Below are positions 1 through 15,274 of a stretch of 64,000 bases of DNA, in pieces. The stretch's first letter is position 1. Each line of letters begins with the position of its first letter. The stretch is taken from NCBI GenBank assembly GCA_009914755.4, contig CP068257.2:42848001-42912000 (forward strand), given 5' to 3'. Under the pieces are notes generated by a model. That model searched no databases, was not told the DNA's origin, and saw only the letters and a program-made list of their open reading frames with translations. Origin of the DNA: the human T2T-CHM13v2.0 reference genome, Homo sapiens. The position numbers and the translations under genes are program-made.

Positions 1-405
<405 letters not shown>

Positions 406-3026
406 GTGAGAGGGCTCCCCTCCCAACTCTGTTTCTGATGGGGAAGTTAGCAGAGGACCAGCGACCCCTGCTGGCGGAGAGCTGCAAATTTGGCAGGGCA
501 CATTTGAGACACTCTCAACAGATAGAACCAGCCTCTAAAATATCTTTTCAGTCCCAAACTCGATTCCAAGCTTCAGGCTGAGGTCTTAGAAAGAAAAAAC
601 AGGTCTGAGGGATCCAAAGCCAGGGAACAGGCACAATGTAAATGGGTAGCACCAATTCCTGCTGACTAAACCCCCCACCCTATGGAAGGAGGCCATGCTT
701 CATGGCATAAACAGGCCCAGGGAACTGAAGGTTTGCCGACAGCAGGGAGAAAGGGAGGCATAGGCAAGGGCGGTTCGTTCCTAGTCTCCAGGTTTTCCCT
801 GCTTCATGGGTACATACCACATTAGTACCCATGGCTGGCACCTGCCAAGGTCGCCAGGGCTCAGGGATAAGGAGTGGAGACTGAAAGGATCATGCTCGCT
901 TTCTCTCTCCATCACACCCTGAGTTTTCGCTGAAAGAAGGAAGAGAATGAGGGGCTTCTCTATTCACTGTCTCCAGTTCTCTTCAACACCCCCAGTTTAT
1001 ACTCCTCTGTAGTGTACCCTGAACCATCGGGACTGCTTTGACCCTCAGAATCTGCAGGAGAAACACCTCAGAGCCCTCTGCACAAAGGTTTGGCCAAATT
1101 ATGAAGGACTGGGTTGGCCCTAGGAAGGAATCATTCATTTCCATACCATTCGGCTGTTGAGACTTTTCTGTAGATGTGAGGACAGATGGCCTGAGGCCCC
1201 GTATGTGCAGGGCCTTTCTATACCTTGCAAGGAAATCCAGACCTTGCCGACAGTGTAGGATTCATCCAGCCCTCCTGTTTGCCATCTCAGAGAAGGCTGC
1301 AAGGGGTAAGCCCAGGGAATTAAAGATACGAGTCCTAGAGGCACCCCGGAAAGAGAGGCCAGCTCCCTCAAGCCCTGCTCCTCTGGGTCCACCCCGACCT
1401 CCCTATCCAGCTTCAGCCTCTCACTTGGCCCCTCCTACAAATTCTCACTCTAAACAAGCCCCAGTCTCACTCTTGCTCCTCCAACAGATGCCTGGTGAAT
1501 TTGGGCCAGCAAGGTCCAGGTCCCCTTCTCCTTACAGGACTTAAAGTAAATTAAGGGGGGATCTGGGCAAGTTTTCAGATGATCCTCATAGGTATATAGA
1601 GGCTTTCTAGAATTTCAACCAAATAGTTGAACTCTCCTGGAGAGAGACGTTATGTTACTTTTGAATCAGACTGTGATAGACACTGAGAAACAGGCCACTC
1701 TACAAGCTGCAGAGAGATTTGGGGATGAGCTTTGCATCACATGTAGCATCAGGAAAGGGGGTGAATATTATCCAACCGGAAGAGAAGCAGTACCAGTGAA
1801 TGACCGTAAATGGGACCCCAATCATGAGATGGAAGCCGGGCGGAGGAGACACTTTCAGGTGTGCGTAATAGAAGGCTTACGTAAGACTAAGAACAAGTTG
1901 TCCATGATCAACCAGGAATTTGATGAAAATCCAATCGCCTTCTAGGAAAGGCTAAGAGAGGCCTTGGTAAAGCTCACCTCTCTCTCTCCTGGTTCAGTTG
2001 AGGGACAGTGAATCCCAAAGCATAACTTTATTACTCAGGCGGCTCCTGACATCAGGAGGAAGTTGCAAAAACTGGGCCATTGGACCAGATAGTACATTAG
2101 AGGACCTCCTAAAAGTGGCCACCTCAGTCTTTTATAATAGAGACGGAGGCCCAGGACAGTGAGAGGAGACACAGGAAAGAGACAAAAGCTTCAGTGGCCA
2201 CCGTGTACGTCCACAAACCCCAGAATTCCCAGGGTGCACCTGTTAACTGCTAAAGATATGGCAAGAATAGTTACTTCATTCTAAAGTTTATTTGCTCTTG
2301 TACAAGGTTTAATTTCTTGCACCAGGGGTGAAACAGCTCAGGGTGCAACTTTGCTGTTAGTATATTTCACTTCTTATCTTTGTGATCTTTGGGAGTACAT
2401 TCTTTCTTTTTATAACACACATGTTTAACCCATGCATACTTAACCTTATAAAACCTGGGTTTTTTTTTTTCTCTCATGCCTAGAACCATCAAACTCCAAG
2501 TGGACAGGCAACTGGAGCCTCAGATAATGACTCCCCTTTGCTAGGAACCCTTAGACAGACCTCTGGGAGGAATTTGACTGCCGTTTTCTCAAAAACAACG
2601 CCCCCTGTCAGCGGGAAGCAGCTAAGACAGGTCATCGTCCATATTCTAATAGCAGTTAGATGTACGTTTTCAGAGAGGGGAAATGATACAGGAGTGCGGG
2701 GAAGGGAAGAGTGTCATCTCTTTAAATGATACAGAAGGGAGGTGCTGGGTAGAAGAGGGTGTGGTCCCTGGCTAGGGCTCCACCCCCACGGACCTAGGTG
2801 AGGGCAGGCACTTTCTCCTTCTCACCCAAATGTTGCATTTTCCAAGATCACCCTGGCCTGCCATGCCCCCATCCTGGGCCTATAAAAACCCTGAGACCCT
2901 AGCAAGGCAGAGATAGAAGCTGCCGGATGCTGAGAGAAACACATCAGTGGAAGGGAAGAAGAAAAGCGGCTGGACATGGAGAGGACGTCAGTGGAGCATG
3001 CCGGCGGAAGAGCACACCCACAGACC

Positions 3027-3131
3027 CTGGCACGCCGGCAGGCCACGTAGCGGCAGGCCACGTAGCGGCAGGCCACGTAGCGGCAGGCCACGTAGCGGCA
3101 GGCCACGTAGCGGCAGGCCACGTAGCGGCAG
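3027..3131. repeat. 15-bp minisatellite, 7 copies
   Basis: ggcaggccacgtagc repeated 7 times in perfect tandem. It gives the (ACRYV)n / (AGHVA)n periodic ORFs at 2822..3313 and 2927..3172. Confidence 0.85.
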
Positions 3132-3825
3132 GCCAAGGCGGAGTTTGGCCGGGGCAGTCGGAGGAGAGCTAGGCCACTAAGCAGCTCAACTCCAGGAGAA
3201 AACCATCTCCCTTCTGGCTCCTCCATCAGCTGAGAGCTGCTTCCACTCAATAACACTTCGCACTGATTCTCCAAGCCCAGGTGTGATCCGATTCTTCTGG
3301 TACACCCAGGCAAGAACCCAGGATACAGACAGCCCTCTGTCCTTTTGATAACTAGAGGGTCTCATTGACCTGGTTAACACAAGCTGCCTACAGACGGCAA
3401 AACTAAAAGAGCACCCTGGAACACACGCCCACTGGGGCTTCAGCTGTAAACATTCACCCCTAGACACGGCTATGGGGTTGGAGCCTGCCTGTCTGTATGC
3501 TCCCCTAGAGGTTTGGGCAGCAGGGCACTGAAGAATCAAGCCACACCCCCATCGCACACCCTGCGAGGGGGACAAGGGAACCTTTCTCTTTTCAGTTGGT
3601 CTTAATAAACACTGAGTAAATGAATGATTACGCACTCAGAAAAATCAGTTATCCTCTCCCACTCCGTGCCTGGGAAGTACCAACGGGTACTGAAACGTAA
3701 TGAGTAATGTCTAGAGATTTTCTCCACAGGATAGAAACAAAGCTCAAAGAGGCAGCAAGTTGAAGAAAGTGTGACACTGTTTTATTTTTAGGATTTTTTC
3801 CTCTTTTTTAAAATAAATATACGTG

Positions 3826-3945
3826 TAGAGAGACAGGGTCTCCCTTTGTTGCCCAGGCTGATCTCGAACTCCTGAGCTCAAGCTGTCCTCCCACCTCAGC
3901 CTCCCAAGGGCTGGGATCACTGGCATGAGCCTCTGCACCCAGCCC
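3826..3945 (-). mobile_element. Alu-monomer (FLAM/right-arm-like) fragment with ~25 bp target-site duplication
   Basis: gagacagggtctccctttgttgcccaggctgatctcgaactcctgagctcaag...cctcagcctcccaagggctgggatcactggcatgagcc. Flanked by ttaggattttttcctcttttttaaaa (3789-3815) and ttaggatttttttttcttttttaaaa (3946-3971). Confidence 0.6.
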
Positions 3946-3984
3946 TTAGGATTTTTTTTTCTTTTTTAAAATTTTAATTATTTT

Positions 3985-4200
3985 ATATATATTTTTAAGT
4001 TCCAGGGTACATGTGCAGGATGTGCAGGTTTGTTACATAGGTAAACGTGTGCCATGGTGGTTTGCTGCACCTGTCACCCTGTCACTAGGCATGAGGACCA
4101 GCATGCATTAGCTCTTTTCCCTAATGTTCTCCATGCCCCCTGGCCCAGCCCTCTCCCAACAGGCCCCAGTGAGTGTTGTTCCCCTCCCGGGATTTTTTTT
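3985..4200 (+). mobile_element. L1 3'-end fragment
   Basis: gggtacatgtgcaggatgtgcaggtttgttacataggtaaacgtgtgccatggtggtttgctgcac matches the well-known L1 3'-terminal consensus stretch. Confidence 0.55.
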
Positions 4201-4261
4201 CTTAAGGAAACACACCACATCAGGCGTTGAAGTGAGTGTATTGACTGTCTGAGGTTTGTGT

Positions 4262-4420
4262 GCACTTTTTAACCAGAAGTCATGGCTGGGGACACAAAAG
4301 CACCTCCTTGCCTATGTAGTTTTGTTCCTTTACTGCTTTAAACAAGCAAGATGTGGTTTGCATTCCTTTCGCTGCTGGTGTTGTTGGCTTTGTGTTTCTC
4401 AACAGAAATAACTTGCCTTG
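4262..4420. repeat. Left arm of inverted repeat pair (partner 9560-9720)
   Basis: The reverse complement of 4262-4420 aligns with 9560-9720 at roughly 85-90% identity. Example: caccagcagcgaaaggaatgcaaaccacatcttgcttgtttaaagcagtaaaggaacaaaactacataggcaaggaggtgcttttgtgtccccagccatgacttctggttaa versus the 9600-9715 stretch. Confidence 0.5.
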
Positions 4421-6728
4421 CCTTTGCTCTCAAGGTTGTGAAAGCCCCCCACCCCCATATGTTCCTTCCACTCATTTGTCACCGAGACCCTCAGTGTTGC
4501 TATCTGTGCATAATGTGTGTGGGTCGGGTTGTGTCAAGCATCAGACGACGTCGGTACCTCTCCTCACTGTGAAGGATGACCCTGTACACACCACTGCTCT
4601 AGGCAAGGATGCGACCCACCGTCCCGGGGTTAACCACATCAGTGTCACCATCACAAGGGGGTGACAGCCCTTTACAGATTACATCTCCTTTTCCTGGTGA
4701 TTCTCCCTCTTAATCCCTAAATGAGTCCTGCAAGATGGGTGTTGATTCTTCCTATAGCACAGCTGAAAGAGTTGAATGGCTCGTCCTAGAGCACACAGTT
4801 TGGCAGGGCTGAGTAAAATGAAACCCAGTGCTTGTCCCTCCAGGCTGCGGCGAACCTGCACTAGAGTTTTATGAAAGTCCAACTTCCTGGCGATAGGCAG
4901 AAAAAGCAACGATCACCTTCCCTGATATTTTCACCTAGCAGACAGTCTTCAGCCCAGAGAACATCTTCCCAAAGTCCAAGACAGAAGGTACATGTAGAAA
5001 TGAAATAGAGGTTCCTCTTCAAAGGGACTTTCCTCCCAGTCTAATTCAGAATAGATAGTAACCTCTTCTAGAAGCAAAGTTTACTCAAAGACCTGTGTTA
5101 ATATTCTTAAATTCTGCTAGCTGTAATAAAGAAATCAATATACTCTGTTCTTAGCTCCCACATTTTAGTCTAGGTATTTGCCCTGGCATGCCTGAACCAG
5201 TCCAAGCAAGAATTAGGTCATAGCCTCTTCCTCTTCCTTATTTGGAAGTGTTTTTGCCTCTCTCAGCATTCCACAAGTTACTTCCTCTCTTCCTTTGTTC
5301 TCCTCTGCCTTTGCCTCTTTTGGGAAGTTCTAAGTTGCTAGCCAATCGAGACAAACAGAATGTAAGGTCCCATTCCAGCCGATAGAAACTGGGCACAGCA
5401 GTAGGGTAGCTGCGTCAGGTTATAAATGACCCTGTCTTTTTTTGTGTGTGCTCTTGTGGCAAGACTGCTAGCGAGCGGCACCCTTTCTGCAGAAAGTAAA
5501 CTAGCCTTGCTGAGAGATCCTTTGTCTCAGTGTTGATTTCTGCAACACCGAGCACCCGTTCCCAACAGTAAATGTGTCTGCCTGTGTGTGTACACATCCA
5601 CCCATCAGCCACAACCCTATGCCTGAAGCCAGGCACTAGAATGAAATTCTCAGGGTCATGTCATGTTTCAGATTTCAAGTCTCACTTCCCGCACCTGTTA
5701 CCATTTGGGTCTATGTCTCCCTCCCAGATCATCCTCTGATTCTACCAGAGCCAAACCCGGAACCCTCTGCTCATTTCACCCTTTCAACACACATTTTCCA
5801 GGCACTTCTGCTGCTCAGCATCTCCCAAGGGTGAGCCCTGAGCTCTTGCAGGGATGAATGCTTTCCATGGCTTTTCTGTCTGCCTGCAGTTACAACCCCT
5901 GATCTCTGGGGACAGGACCTGCCAGGTCTGTCTGGAGAATACCCATGTGAGACTGAAACTGGCTTCTCCCACTCTCAGCCCCAGTGACCTGCTCTGTAAG
6001 GCTGGTTATAGGTGTGGCTGCTGCCCCTGCCCAAATGCTTTAGGTTTCCCTCCTGGGATTCTCCTGCCCCTCTAAGCAGCTCTCCAGGGGACCCCATCCT
6101 GACAAAGAAAGCAGAAAATGGAGTTCCTGATGAGAAAAGAACTGTTCTGTGAGGAACACAAGTCCTTTTACATGATCGGGCACAGAGAGATGTGGAGAGG
6201 GGACAGGAGTCCTGTCCTTCTCCCTCTGAGCTGTGTGTTCATCTTCAGGAGCTGCGTGCGATGACCATGAGGAGCCACTAACTAACAAATCATGCCCACC
6301 GGATGCTGCAACCTGCACCACGTAGCTTAGCAGTGTTATTTCTGTGAGCCAGCGAGACTCCCGACAAGCAGCTTTGTGTCGGCCTGCTCCATGTCACCCT
6401 CTTTTGCCTTAAAAACCTGCCTATAATGAAGGCCAAAGAAAGCAAGCTCATGGCCGGGAAGCTCACAGCCAGGCGTACGTGGGTGTGAGTCTTCTGGGCT
6501 GCTGTCCTCACCCTGGCTCAAGTCAACTCTTTAAGTTAGACTTCATGCCTCAGCCTCTTCCTTTTAGGTGAACACTGATGGGAATACAGGAAGGGCCCCC
6601 ATCCTTCCCTGTCTGAAGCTCAGACTCCGCATGAGAGGACTTCCCACTCCATCTCAGGATGGAGACAGCCTGCTGAGGATGCAGCTTTGTCCAATGAGGT
6701 CAGGAGGGCTGGTGGCAGCGTCTGTTAA

Positions 6729-7084
<356 letters not shown>

Positions 7085-9559
7085 GGGACGGAATTTTAAG
7101 TGAACTGCGGCCCTTAGCTCATGAGCCCAGCTTCGGTGTCTGATGAAACGACACCGCAGGGATGGGGGAGAGGGGAAGATTCGCAGGTCACGCCGAAACC
7201 TCTGGTTAGCCCCGGCTTCCACATCCTTCCCAAAATCTTTAGCCCAAGTGCCGCACAGCCCCTTTTGCATGTCTTCCCCACTCCTTGGTGGCAGAGGCCC
7301 CTGTTGGTAAAGCAACAATAGAGAAGTGGAGAAGATAAAGAGCTGTGAAAACTGCCCCAGAGAAGCTGCAAGAAGCTTTGCTGGAATCAGGTTTTGCATC
7401 TCCGAATCGGAGCTCCATTTGTTGGGTCGGGGACCATGCTTAGTGGTTCAAGAACTGACAGAAGAGGTGTTTGCAAAATGCTTGTTGGGAGGATAAACAG
7501 CTAAAGGAAATTTTATCTGAGCCTGAGAACCGCCTGCACCAGCACAAAAGTAAAGCCCCAGCGCCCTCGGGCCAGGCCTGCTGGAAAAATTCCCATGTGT
7601 CAGCCCCAGGAAGACGTGGGCAAGATGAGGCGTATCCTGACCAACGCAGGAAATGGCCCTGCTCTTCTGCTGGCCCCTCTTCCACCATCGAGGCCGCTCA
7701 TCCAAGCGGCGGGAAGTAAGAGGGTCAACTTTTGCACGGCCATTGAGAGGTTTCCTGGAAACCTGGCTCTCTCCCCACCGTTGCCCCATGAGCATGGTGG
7801 TGACGAGCTTGGGCTCTGAGATCAGAAAGTCTCAAGTGTGAAACCTCAGTCTTCTTCCTTATTAGCTGTGAGACTTTGGGCAAATTACTTAACCTCTCTG
7901 AACCTTAGTTTCCTCAAACTGTAAAATGGGGCAAATGTTGGGTGACACTCAGCATAACGTCAGAAATAGTGCCCAATAAATGTTGATCTCATCGGCCCCA
8001 CAGCCCATTCCGCCACTCTCTTCTTTCTCTTCCTCCCCACAACCCAATTTCATCATTGCCTACAAACAGCCACAGGATAGAACTCGGGACAGTTCGGGAC
8101 AGCTCTGGACAGCCCAGAGGTTATTTACAAGTCTAAGAGCAATCAGTGTGTCCTGCCCAACTGCCCAGCTGTTTGAAAAGCACAGTAAGAAGCTGGTGCT
8201 GTCCATAAGCCACATAGCTTTCTAGGAATGACAGGGGTGTGGATTTACAAAGTCACTCTTGACCCTTTAAAATAACACAACTATTTTCTGCTCCCACCAT
8301 ATCTCAAGTGGCACCCAGATTGTGAGGCCTTCCATCCAGTGAGTAGTGTCAGCTGGAGAGGTGGTGACTGATTTAGGGCTCCGGTTTAGGGCTGAACCAG
8401 GGTCAGCTGCTTCTTTGTGTGTTGGTCCCCTTCTGCGGAAAGCAAAGGGATTGGACCAGATGATCGTGAAAGAACCTTCCGATGTTAAGATGTAGAGTTT
8501 CGATGGTTCCATGATAGAGAGGGATCACAGAAAAGCTCCACAAAGCTTAACCTCCCAGGGGGACAATTACAATAATGTGAAGTTAATGCTAACACAGGAT
8601 AGTTTGATGTGGGTGTGACGGCATAGGGAGGTCGGGGGCCTGGAGGCTTCTCAGACTCATTCTCAGCACCAGATGTGGCATCAGGAACAGCCTGAAGGGA
8701 GGCTAAGGGATCCCGCCCTCTCCCCAGCTCTGAAGATGCCTCCACAGTGAAGAAGAGACAGGGAGCCCCCAACTCTGCACTTTCACTGGCTACTCCCACA
8801 CTGCGGGGCAGGGGAGGAGGAAGACCCCAACACCTCCCACCACCGCTACAGACCCCGACCAAACGTCAGTTCTCACCTGCGCCACCGCCCCAACCACCCC
8901 TGAGAGCCATTAGGTGACAGTTGTGCTTCACCCGCAAAAGGTCTTCCTTTGCCAATTTTTGTCACAAGTTTTTGCATATTGTTTGCATAAATTTGCAGGT
9001 AGGATTCAAAAGGTCCTGATTCCAATTACACAAGAGAAAACACACTGACTGCAAGTGCAGTTGAAGAAGGTTCTCAGAAGGGCACGCTGGAACCGCTCCC
9101 CGGTGCCAGGAGAGGTGTTTGAACTACGTGCTGCTGGGGCGCCCAGACGGGCTTCCCCACGATCCAGGAAATCAGAGCTTTTGCAACGTTGGCTTGAAAT
9201 CGTGGCTAACAAGACAGAAAAGTGCTCTTCTCAACCCCAGGGGAAGACTGGGGAGGTGGGCGGGGCCCCAGGGCCCACTGATTCCATCCAAGAGGGGGCA
9301 TGGAAGGACAGCGGCGAGCCCACGTCTGGAGCTTCTCCCTCCTGTGAAAGGCAAACAGAATCCTGAGATGCCAAACTCACTGTTCCAAAGGGAAAGGGAA
9401 AGCTTGGAAATGGCGTCACGCAAAACCTGCCTCTCAGGAGAACCAGTCTGTTTCTGAACAGAGAGCTTGCAAGACGGCCGGCCATGTATCTCCCCGGGAG
9501 GCCTCCCGCACTCTGACAGTGTCGATGAGCAGCTGATCCTCGCGAGTGTGGGACAAAAG

Positions 9560-9720
9560 ACTAGGGCTTGCTTTTATTTTTGTTCAGGGACACAGAGCCA
9601 ACACCACCAGCTACTAAAGGAATAAAACCACATCTTGCTTGTTTAAAGCAGTAAAGGAACAAAATTGCATAGGCCAGGAGGTGCTTTTGTGTCTCCAGCC
9701 GTGACTTCTGGTTAAACACT
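9560..9720. repeat. Right arm of inverted repeat pair (partner 4262-4420)
   Basis: See partner feature. 9600-9715 acaccaccagctactaaaggaataaaaccacatcttgcttgtttaaagcagtaaaggaacaaaattgcataggccaggaggtgcttttgtgtctccagccgtgacttctggttaaa. Confidence 0.5.
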
Positions 9721-11024
9721 CGAGAAAAACACAGGCTTGGCTTTTTCTTCTTTTCTGTGTCTACTCTATCTGACGTCAGATGCAGGTTTGCTGAGTGCCA
9801 GGTGAGTGCCTAAAGGGCTGTTCCCCCACCTCCCCCTTTCACTTGCAACGTGCACTCAGTGCGTGCTAATTAAAGCCTCCCAGGAGCCTGACCACTGGCC
9901 TCATTGCCCACCCACCGTCTTCTCTCTCCCCCTTCCCCCTGCCCTCTCCTCTCCTCCTCTTTTAAATACTCAGCACCTCAAAATGCTCTCTGGAAAAGGC
10001 CTGGCCACAGGTCCTGCTGTGACTGGTGCCACTTTTTCCTGGGCAGATTCTCAACCTTGGCATCATAACCCTCTAAGCTGACTGAGACCTGGCTCAGACA
10101 CTTTCAGTTTTGTGCTCCAAACACTGAGTGGTAACTTTACCCAGAAGTTCTTAGATTTTCAGCCACTCAAGCCAGGCTCTGATTTCCAAAATAAGTCCAG
10201 ATCTAGAACAGTTTGGGGAATGAAGGGATCTGGCTGAGAGATGGGAGTTGGAACAGTTGCGACACCGTCAGCCTCACATGAACAGAAACAAATTACTCAA
10301 ACAAGAGAAGAGCAAGGCCCAACTGGAAAAGCATGTGGGTGAGTCTGCAAACCAAAAAAGTACCCGACCCAGGCCTCGATCAATGGAGAAGTTTATTTTG
10401 CCAAGGCTAAGGATGCACCCAGGAGACAGGTCTGTGCCTCTCTCCCAAGATGATGTTGAAGGCTTCAGTCAAGGGGAAAAGCCGGCTGGAGGGGGCAGAG
10501 GGAGGAGGGTGTGGTCACATGACTGATTGCTCCATGCTGCAGGAGAAAAGGAGCAGGTGGGAACAGTCAGTTACCTGTTTATCTCGTGCTCAGTAAATTG
10601 GCACTTTCCATGAGATAAGGGGCACACAGAGCAGCCACTAGTGGAGATGCTGACCCTCTCATCTGCAGCTGTCTGCTTAGGGCAAAGGGAAAGGCAGCTT
10701 CCTGCAGGACTCAGCTTTCAGCTTTTTTCTTCTTGGTTGAGTGAATTGGGGTGTCGAGTTTTTAATCTTCCTTTCACAGGTGCTGACCCAATGAGGCCAA
10801 TCATGTGTGATTGGGACCTTCTGAGTGACTTGGTGGAAAGCAGGGCCCAACCCTCCTGCCCAGGACGCTTGGGAAAGCCTTGCTGGCTGGACGGAGGGGA
10901 AGGAGGCTCTCGGCGACTGCCCCCAGAGGGGAGTGGCTCTCCACTGGCCACAGCGATGGCTGGAGTGAGACCTGAGCCCCGGAAAAACACGAAGGTCCCA
11001 AAGCCGGCAAAAGTAGACACTGAG

Positions 11025-11030
11025 TTTATT
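11025..11030 (-). other. TSPEAR: Candidate TSPEAR polyadenylation signal (AATAAA on minus strand)
   Basis: tttatt on the plus strand equals AATAAA on the minus strand, about 1.24 kb downstream of the TSPEAR stop codon. It is the first canonical hexamer found on that strand below the stop. The 3'UTR length is not otherwise verified. Confidence 0.3.
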
Positions 11031-12265
11031 ATTTGCCAGACAAGGGGAGGCTTCCATTTCATTACGAAAGGTCAGGAGTGCTCTCTGAGCTGAAGGTGAA
11101 CAGACAGCTGCGGTGTAGGAAATAGGAAGTTTTGTCCACAGTTCTGATTGGCGGAAAAAGCACATTGTAAACTCTCTGAGGATCGCTCCTGTTCCGATTT
11201 GTGTTGCAGAAGCAGGAGCACCGTTCCTGGAAGACCGTGGCAGGTGTGGTCTGGGCTGCGTGGCCCCGGAGCCTGCTGTCTGAGCCTCTTCTCATGGAGT
11301 GGGGGTGGTTTCTCTGGCACCTACATGGGTTAAGAGGGAGGACCCCTGGGGCCTTGCGCCCATCACCCCCTCTCATCCTCACTGCCTGTGACGGACAGAC
11401 AAGCAGCTCTCCCAGCTGCAGAGACAAGATGACCACAGGAGAGCCAGCAGAGGATGCTGTTACCAGGGAGCTAGGACAGCCAGCACACAGGCAGACGGAG
11501 GCACGCAGCCTGAGTCCCAGTCAGCTGGAGGACATGTGATTAAAATGCTGCTGAATAGGGAAAAAATCCCGGGCCCAGAAGTTGAGGTCCCTGTGGGTGG
11601 GGCCGTGGGGAGGGGGTGCGACCCAGGCCATGCCCAGGCTTGTGATTTCTGACCTCGCGCTAGTGCATTTACGGGTAAACTGAGGCTGGGAGGGAAGCCT
11701 CTCTCTGTATGGGGAGGTGGTCCTCTGTCCGTGTCCGTGGTGAGGGGCTGTGCCCACCCGCTGCCTAGAGAGGAGCACCGGTGCTTTTGTAAAGAGCAGT
11801 ATAAATACACTTCCGTTCAGATAAAACACAATAAATAGGTGGCGGCAATGGCGGGACGGCACCACACCTGCTCAGGCGGCCGGACGCACACTGCAGGAGT
11901 GGCTGGCGAGAGGCCAGCCGCAGGGACATGAACCGAGGTCCTGTTGTTTGAGGTAAAAATGTATAGAAACGGTTCCTTGACAGCGAAATCCCCGCTTGAC
12001 ACTCAGATGGGCGAGCACTGGCAGGGGCTCTGGGCCTCTGCCTGCAAGACCAGACCGTCACTGGGGCTGTGGCTCAGAAGGACTCAGAGGTGGATGGATG
12101 TCCCTGCCCGAACCAGGGCCGCAGATGGCCCCACCTGCACCCTGCCTGATGCCCAGGCCCGGGATGCCCTAGGCTGGGCCCACCTGGACGTCCAGGGTCA
12201 GTTGGGGGAGGTGCTGGGGTCCCGCCCCACCTGGCCACCCCAGTTGCTGCCGGGCAGCCGCGGCC

Positions 12266-12445
<180 letters not shown>

Positions 12446-13650
12446 TCAGCCTGGGCTCTGCGGGGCAGCTCCTCTCCCCCGGCTCCCACCCGCGCTGTCA
12501 GGGACCCAGCAGCTCTGGGTCACATCTGAGCCTCTTCCATCCCCCCGACTGGCACAGCGTGGGGAGATCGATTCTGGGCCATGAGGGCCTTCTCATCTTG
12601 CAAAGCAGGAGGCTGAGGCCCAGAAGAGGAAAGATTCCAGATCTCACCAAGATCCCAGCGCTACCTCCTATCCACCCAAGATCCTAACCCCGGGGACCCC
12701 CAAACGTGCAGTTCCGAGGGTCGGCCTCAATCGTGAGGTGCGTGACTTTCCCCAGGGCCCCCCTCAAACACACGCAGGCCACCACGCAGGCTGGAACCCC
12801 TCCGTCCTCAGATACAGGAGCCCAGCTCTCTGCCCGCTGCTCTGCGGCCCCACGTCAGGGGCTGCCCCAGGCCCTCATTCTTGCTCTGGGCGGCTGCTGG
12901 CCGCCAGGGTTTGCCTTCAAAAGGACTCATTTATCCCAGGAGCTTCCATTTCCGAGGCGTGGAGTCCCCAAGGCAGGGCGCCGACATCAAAGGGCACGAG
13001 TTGTTTACATTTAATATTAAATAATAAAGTATGAAAATAAATTCTTCCAGACTGCTTTCTGGAAAAACCGTGGTGGCTTCTGCTCTCACGGGAAAGGGCA
13101 GGGTGGGGTCCCCCTGGGATCCCCCAACCCACTCCACTGCCCATCTTTAACACACTTCCAAACAAATGGGGGAGAACCTGGCAGGGTTTTGCTTTGAGGA
13201 CAAATCCCTTATAATGTTTATTCACACTGTTCATCTTTTCTTCTAAAAATTCATATTTATATCTTTTGTCCATTTTTCCAAATTTAAAGACACATTTTTT
13301 ATTAGTTTGTAAGGGTTGGTTTTCTGTCGTGTGTGTGGTAAAGAGTTTGTCTTTTGCTTTTGAATAGGATGTCTGTTTCCATAGAAAGCTTTTAACACAG
13401 GTGGTCGACCCAGTGCCTTTCCTTCTGGGCTTGTCTTCTTCATAGAACCCTGAGGTTATACAACTGCCTTCAGCTTTTCTTCTTTTTCACATTTGGACTT
13501 TTAATCCATATAACATTTATTTTTGTGTACAATGTGAAGTGGGGGTAAGCTTTGTTTTCTTCCAGATTACATGAAGCTAATCTCCCGAATCATATGGAGT
13601 TATCAAGTAAAACCCATCCTTTTCTCATTGCCTTCAAATATAGCATTTAT

Positions 13651-13797
13651 GGCCGGGCGGGGTGGCTTACGCCTATAATCTCAGCACTTTGGGAGGCTGA
13701 GGCGGGCAGATCACTTGAGGTCAGGAGTTCGAGAACAGCCTGGCCAACATAGTGAAACCCCATCTCTATTAAAAATACAAAAATTAGCCAGGCATGG
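13651..13797 (+). mobile_element. Alu left-monomer fragment
   Basis: ggccgggcggggtggcttacgcctataatctcagcactttgggaggctgaggcgggcagatcacttgaggtcaggagttcgagaacagcctggccaacatagtgaaaccccatctctattaaaaatacaaaaattagccaggcatgg. Confidence 0.8.
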
Positions 13798-14274
<477 letters not shown>

Positions 14275-15274
14275 TTATTAAAAAGGTACCCAGGCCCAGA
14301 TGGCTTTATAACTGAATTTAACCCAGCTGTCAGAAATGAGAGAAAAAATCCTATTCTTCAGACTATCCCAGTCCACAGGTGCAGTTAGAAAGCCCTGCAG
14401 TGTGTATTTACTGTTAGGCTTCATTTTAAACTGGATAAAGTTAAGTCCCCAAAAGAAAACCACCGAGCAATCTAATTTCCTATTATAGATGCTAAAAGCT
14501 TAAAGACAGGCAATTGGAAGCCAGTGGCTTATTCAATAATTCTGCATCATCACCAAGTGGCATCGGGTCTAATAACGCGAGGAGATGTCTCACTATAAAT
14601 CATGACATCAACAGTAAACATAGTGGACCGCACCACGCACTCACAGATGCCAAAGGAGACCTCAGCCCTGGCCCGGATGGCCCACAGCCCATCAAACGGC
14701 CATGCTCAGATGTGCTCGTTAAATTAGAGCAAGGTGGGACAGCTGCCACTTCTGCCGCCATCCAAGATTGTTCTGGAATCTTTAGCTAGGGAAGCAAGCT
14801 ACATAATCAATTAGAACACTAGAAATCAAGGGGAAATGTTCTTTATTCTCAGAGGTAATTACATTCCTAAGTCCCCTGAGAATCTTTTTAAGAAAAGCTA
14901 TTAGAACTGATTGGTTAGGGGGCGAGAAAATGATTGTCATGATGAGCAGCTGCAAATGAAAGTTAAAAAGCCAACCCCATTCGTTAAACGTACGATACTT
15001 GGAAAACTCCTGGAAATAAATGAGAACACCACAGTGTCTATGAGAGAAAAATTAAATATCAACAACTCCCATGTTAGGATGTCCACACGCCGCATCCCTG
15101 ACAGAATCCAAAGGCAGAAGCACCAGCACTCGTGGGTTGTGGCTACACCCGGGGCAGGGCCCCAGCTCAGATCCCACACGGGTGCAGCCAGCGCCGGGCC
15201 ATCCACTGGGCCCAGCCAATCTCGGAAATGACACCTGACTTGGGACTCGCTGTGAGCCGGTGGCACCTGCGAGA

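Noticed and set aside
14280-15240. A repeat-poor, moderately complex segment with several medium ORFs (e.g. 14514..14789 and 14911..15231) just upstream of the VNTR.
   Set aside because: There is no recognisable protein similarity, splice structure or promoter motif. It is most likely unique intronic sequence. Conservation could not be assessed without alignment.
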